This document shows, piece by piece, positions 36,086-36,498 of a stretch of DNA of 36,498 nucleotides. The translations under genes were made by a program, and so were the position numbers. Source of the stretch: an uncultured archaeon (GTDB taxonomy: Archaea; Nanohalarchaeota; Nanosalinia; Nanosalinales; Nanosalinaceae); assembly GCA_964421955.1 (NCBI GenBank), contig CAYQYU010000010.1:1-36498 (forward strand), in the 5' to 3' direction. How positions within the stretch are numbered: the stretch's first letter is position 1; every line of letters starts with the position of its first letter. Below the pieces are notes generated by a model. It saw nothing but the letters and a program-made list of their open reading frames with translations. It searched no databases and was not told the DNA's origin.

Positions 36086-36498
36086 CTATCGGAGACCAAG
36101 CTCCCTGTTGGCCTTTCTCAGTCTTCCAGGAGTTCCGACGTCGATGTAGTCTCCCTTGAGCATCCTGTAGCCTACTTCGCGGCCGTTCCTCCTCAGATAA
36201 TCGATCGCGTCCGTCAACTGGTACTCATCGCCGGCACCTTTCTCGATGCTTTCTATAGCTTCAAATATATCTGGCTCGAGAACGTATACTCCTGCTATAC
36301 CGATGTTGCTCGGCGCTTCGTCCTCGGACGGCTTTTCCACCATGCCCTTAACGAGGTTATCTTCCCCAGGATCGATAATACCGTAGGAGTTCGGATCATC
36401 CGTCTTGAACGTCCCTATGGTGGCCCCGTAACCGTTGCTTTCATGGAAATCCCTGAGCTGTTTGACCTCTTCTTCTGTCTCAAGGTAGTTGTCGCCGA
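36086..36498 (-). CDS. Sugar-1-phosphate nucleotidyltransferase (RmlA/GalU/AglF-like), 5' part outside window
   Basis: Frame is open to the window edge: GDNYL...DPNSYGII...VEKP...GVYVL...EYQLTDAI...YIDVGT. Confidence 0.88.
   Translation of the reverse strand, partial: GDNYLETEEEVKQLRDFHESNGYGATIGTFKTDDPNSYGIIDPGEDNLVKGMVEKPSEDEAPSNIGIAGVYVLEPDIFEAIESIEKGAGDEYQLTDAIDYLRRNGREVGYRMLKGDYIDVGTPGRLRKANRELGLR

Noticed and set aside
1-36498. CRISPR array, IS element or tandem repeats
   Set aside because: No regularly spaced repeats, transposase or cas-like ORF seen on reading; a computational self-alignment was not possible.

Overview
This is a very compact archaeal chromosome segment with acidic proteins, short intergenic spacers, frequent 4-nt gene overlaps and TATA boxes about 25-30 nt upstream of start codons. 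It is most consistent with a halophilic DPANN archaeon (Nanohaloarchaeota-like; this is an inference). The first ~11 kb is housekeeping: partial tRNA-Ser(GCT), PRC-barrel protein, HTH regulator, ubiquitin-like SAMP, OGG1-type glycosylase, orphan PyrD-like protein, lamin-tail protein, two permeases, NAC, SDR and SecD/SecF. From 11.3 kb to the end is a surface-glycosylation region. It holds an aglB operon (AglB, GPT/AglH-like, ArnT-like, AglJ-like, sulfatase-fold, flippase-domain), sugar and nucleotide-sugar genes, a CysD-like adenylyltransferase, DUF2061-like protein, a Wzx flippase, GT2, a methyltransferase and seven cytoplasmic alkaline-phosphatase/sulfatase-superfamily proteins, none with the formylglycine CxPxR motif. 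The most striking pattern is two recurring C-terminal peptide tags. [IV]xx[KR]LxxLGY ends five proteins of three unrelated folds, including two tiny RHH proteins, and [DE][VL]x[DG][IL][DS]F-COOH ends three others. This suggests an uncharacterised tail-organised glycan sulfation/modification system. No CRISPR array, IS element or integrase was seen. All family calls come from recognising motifs by eye, not from database searches.
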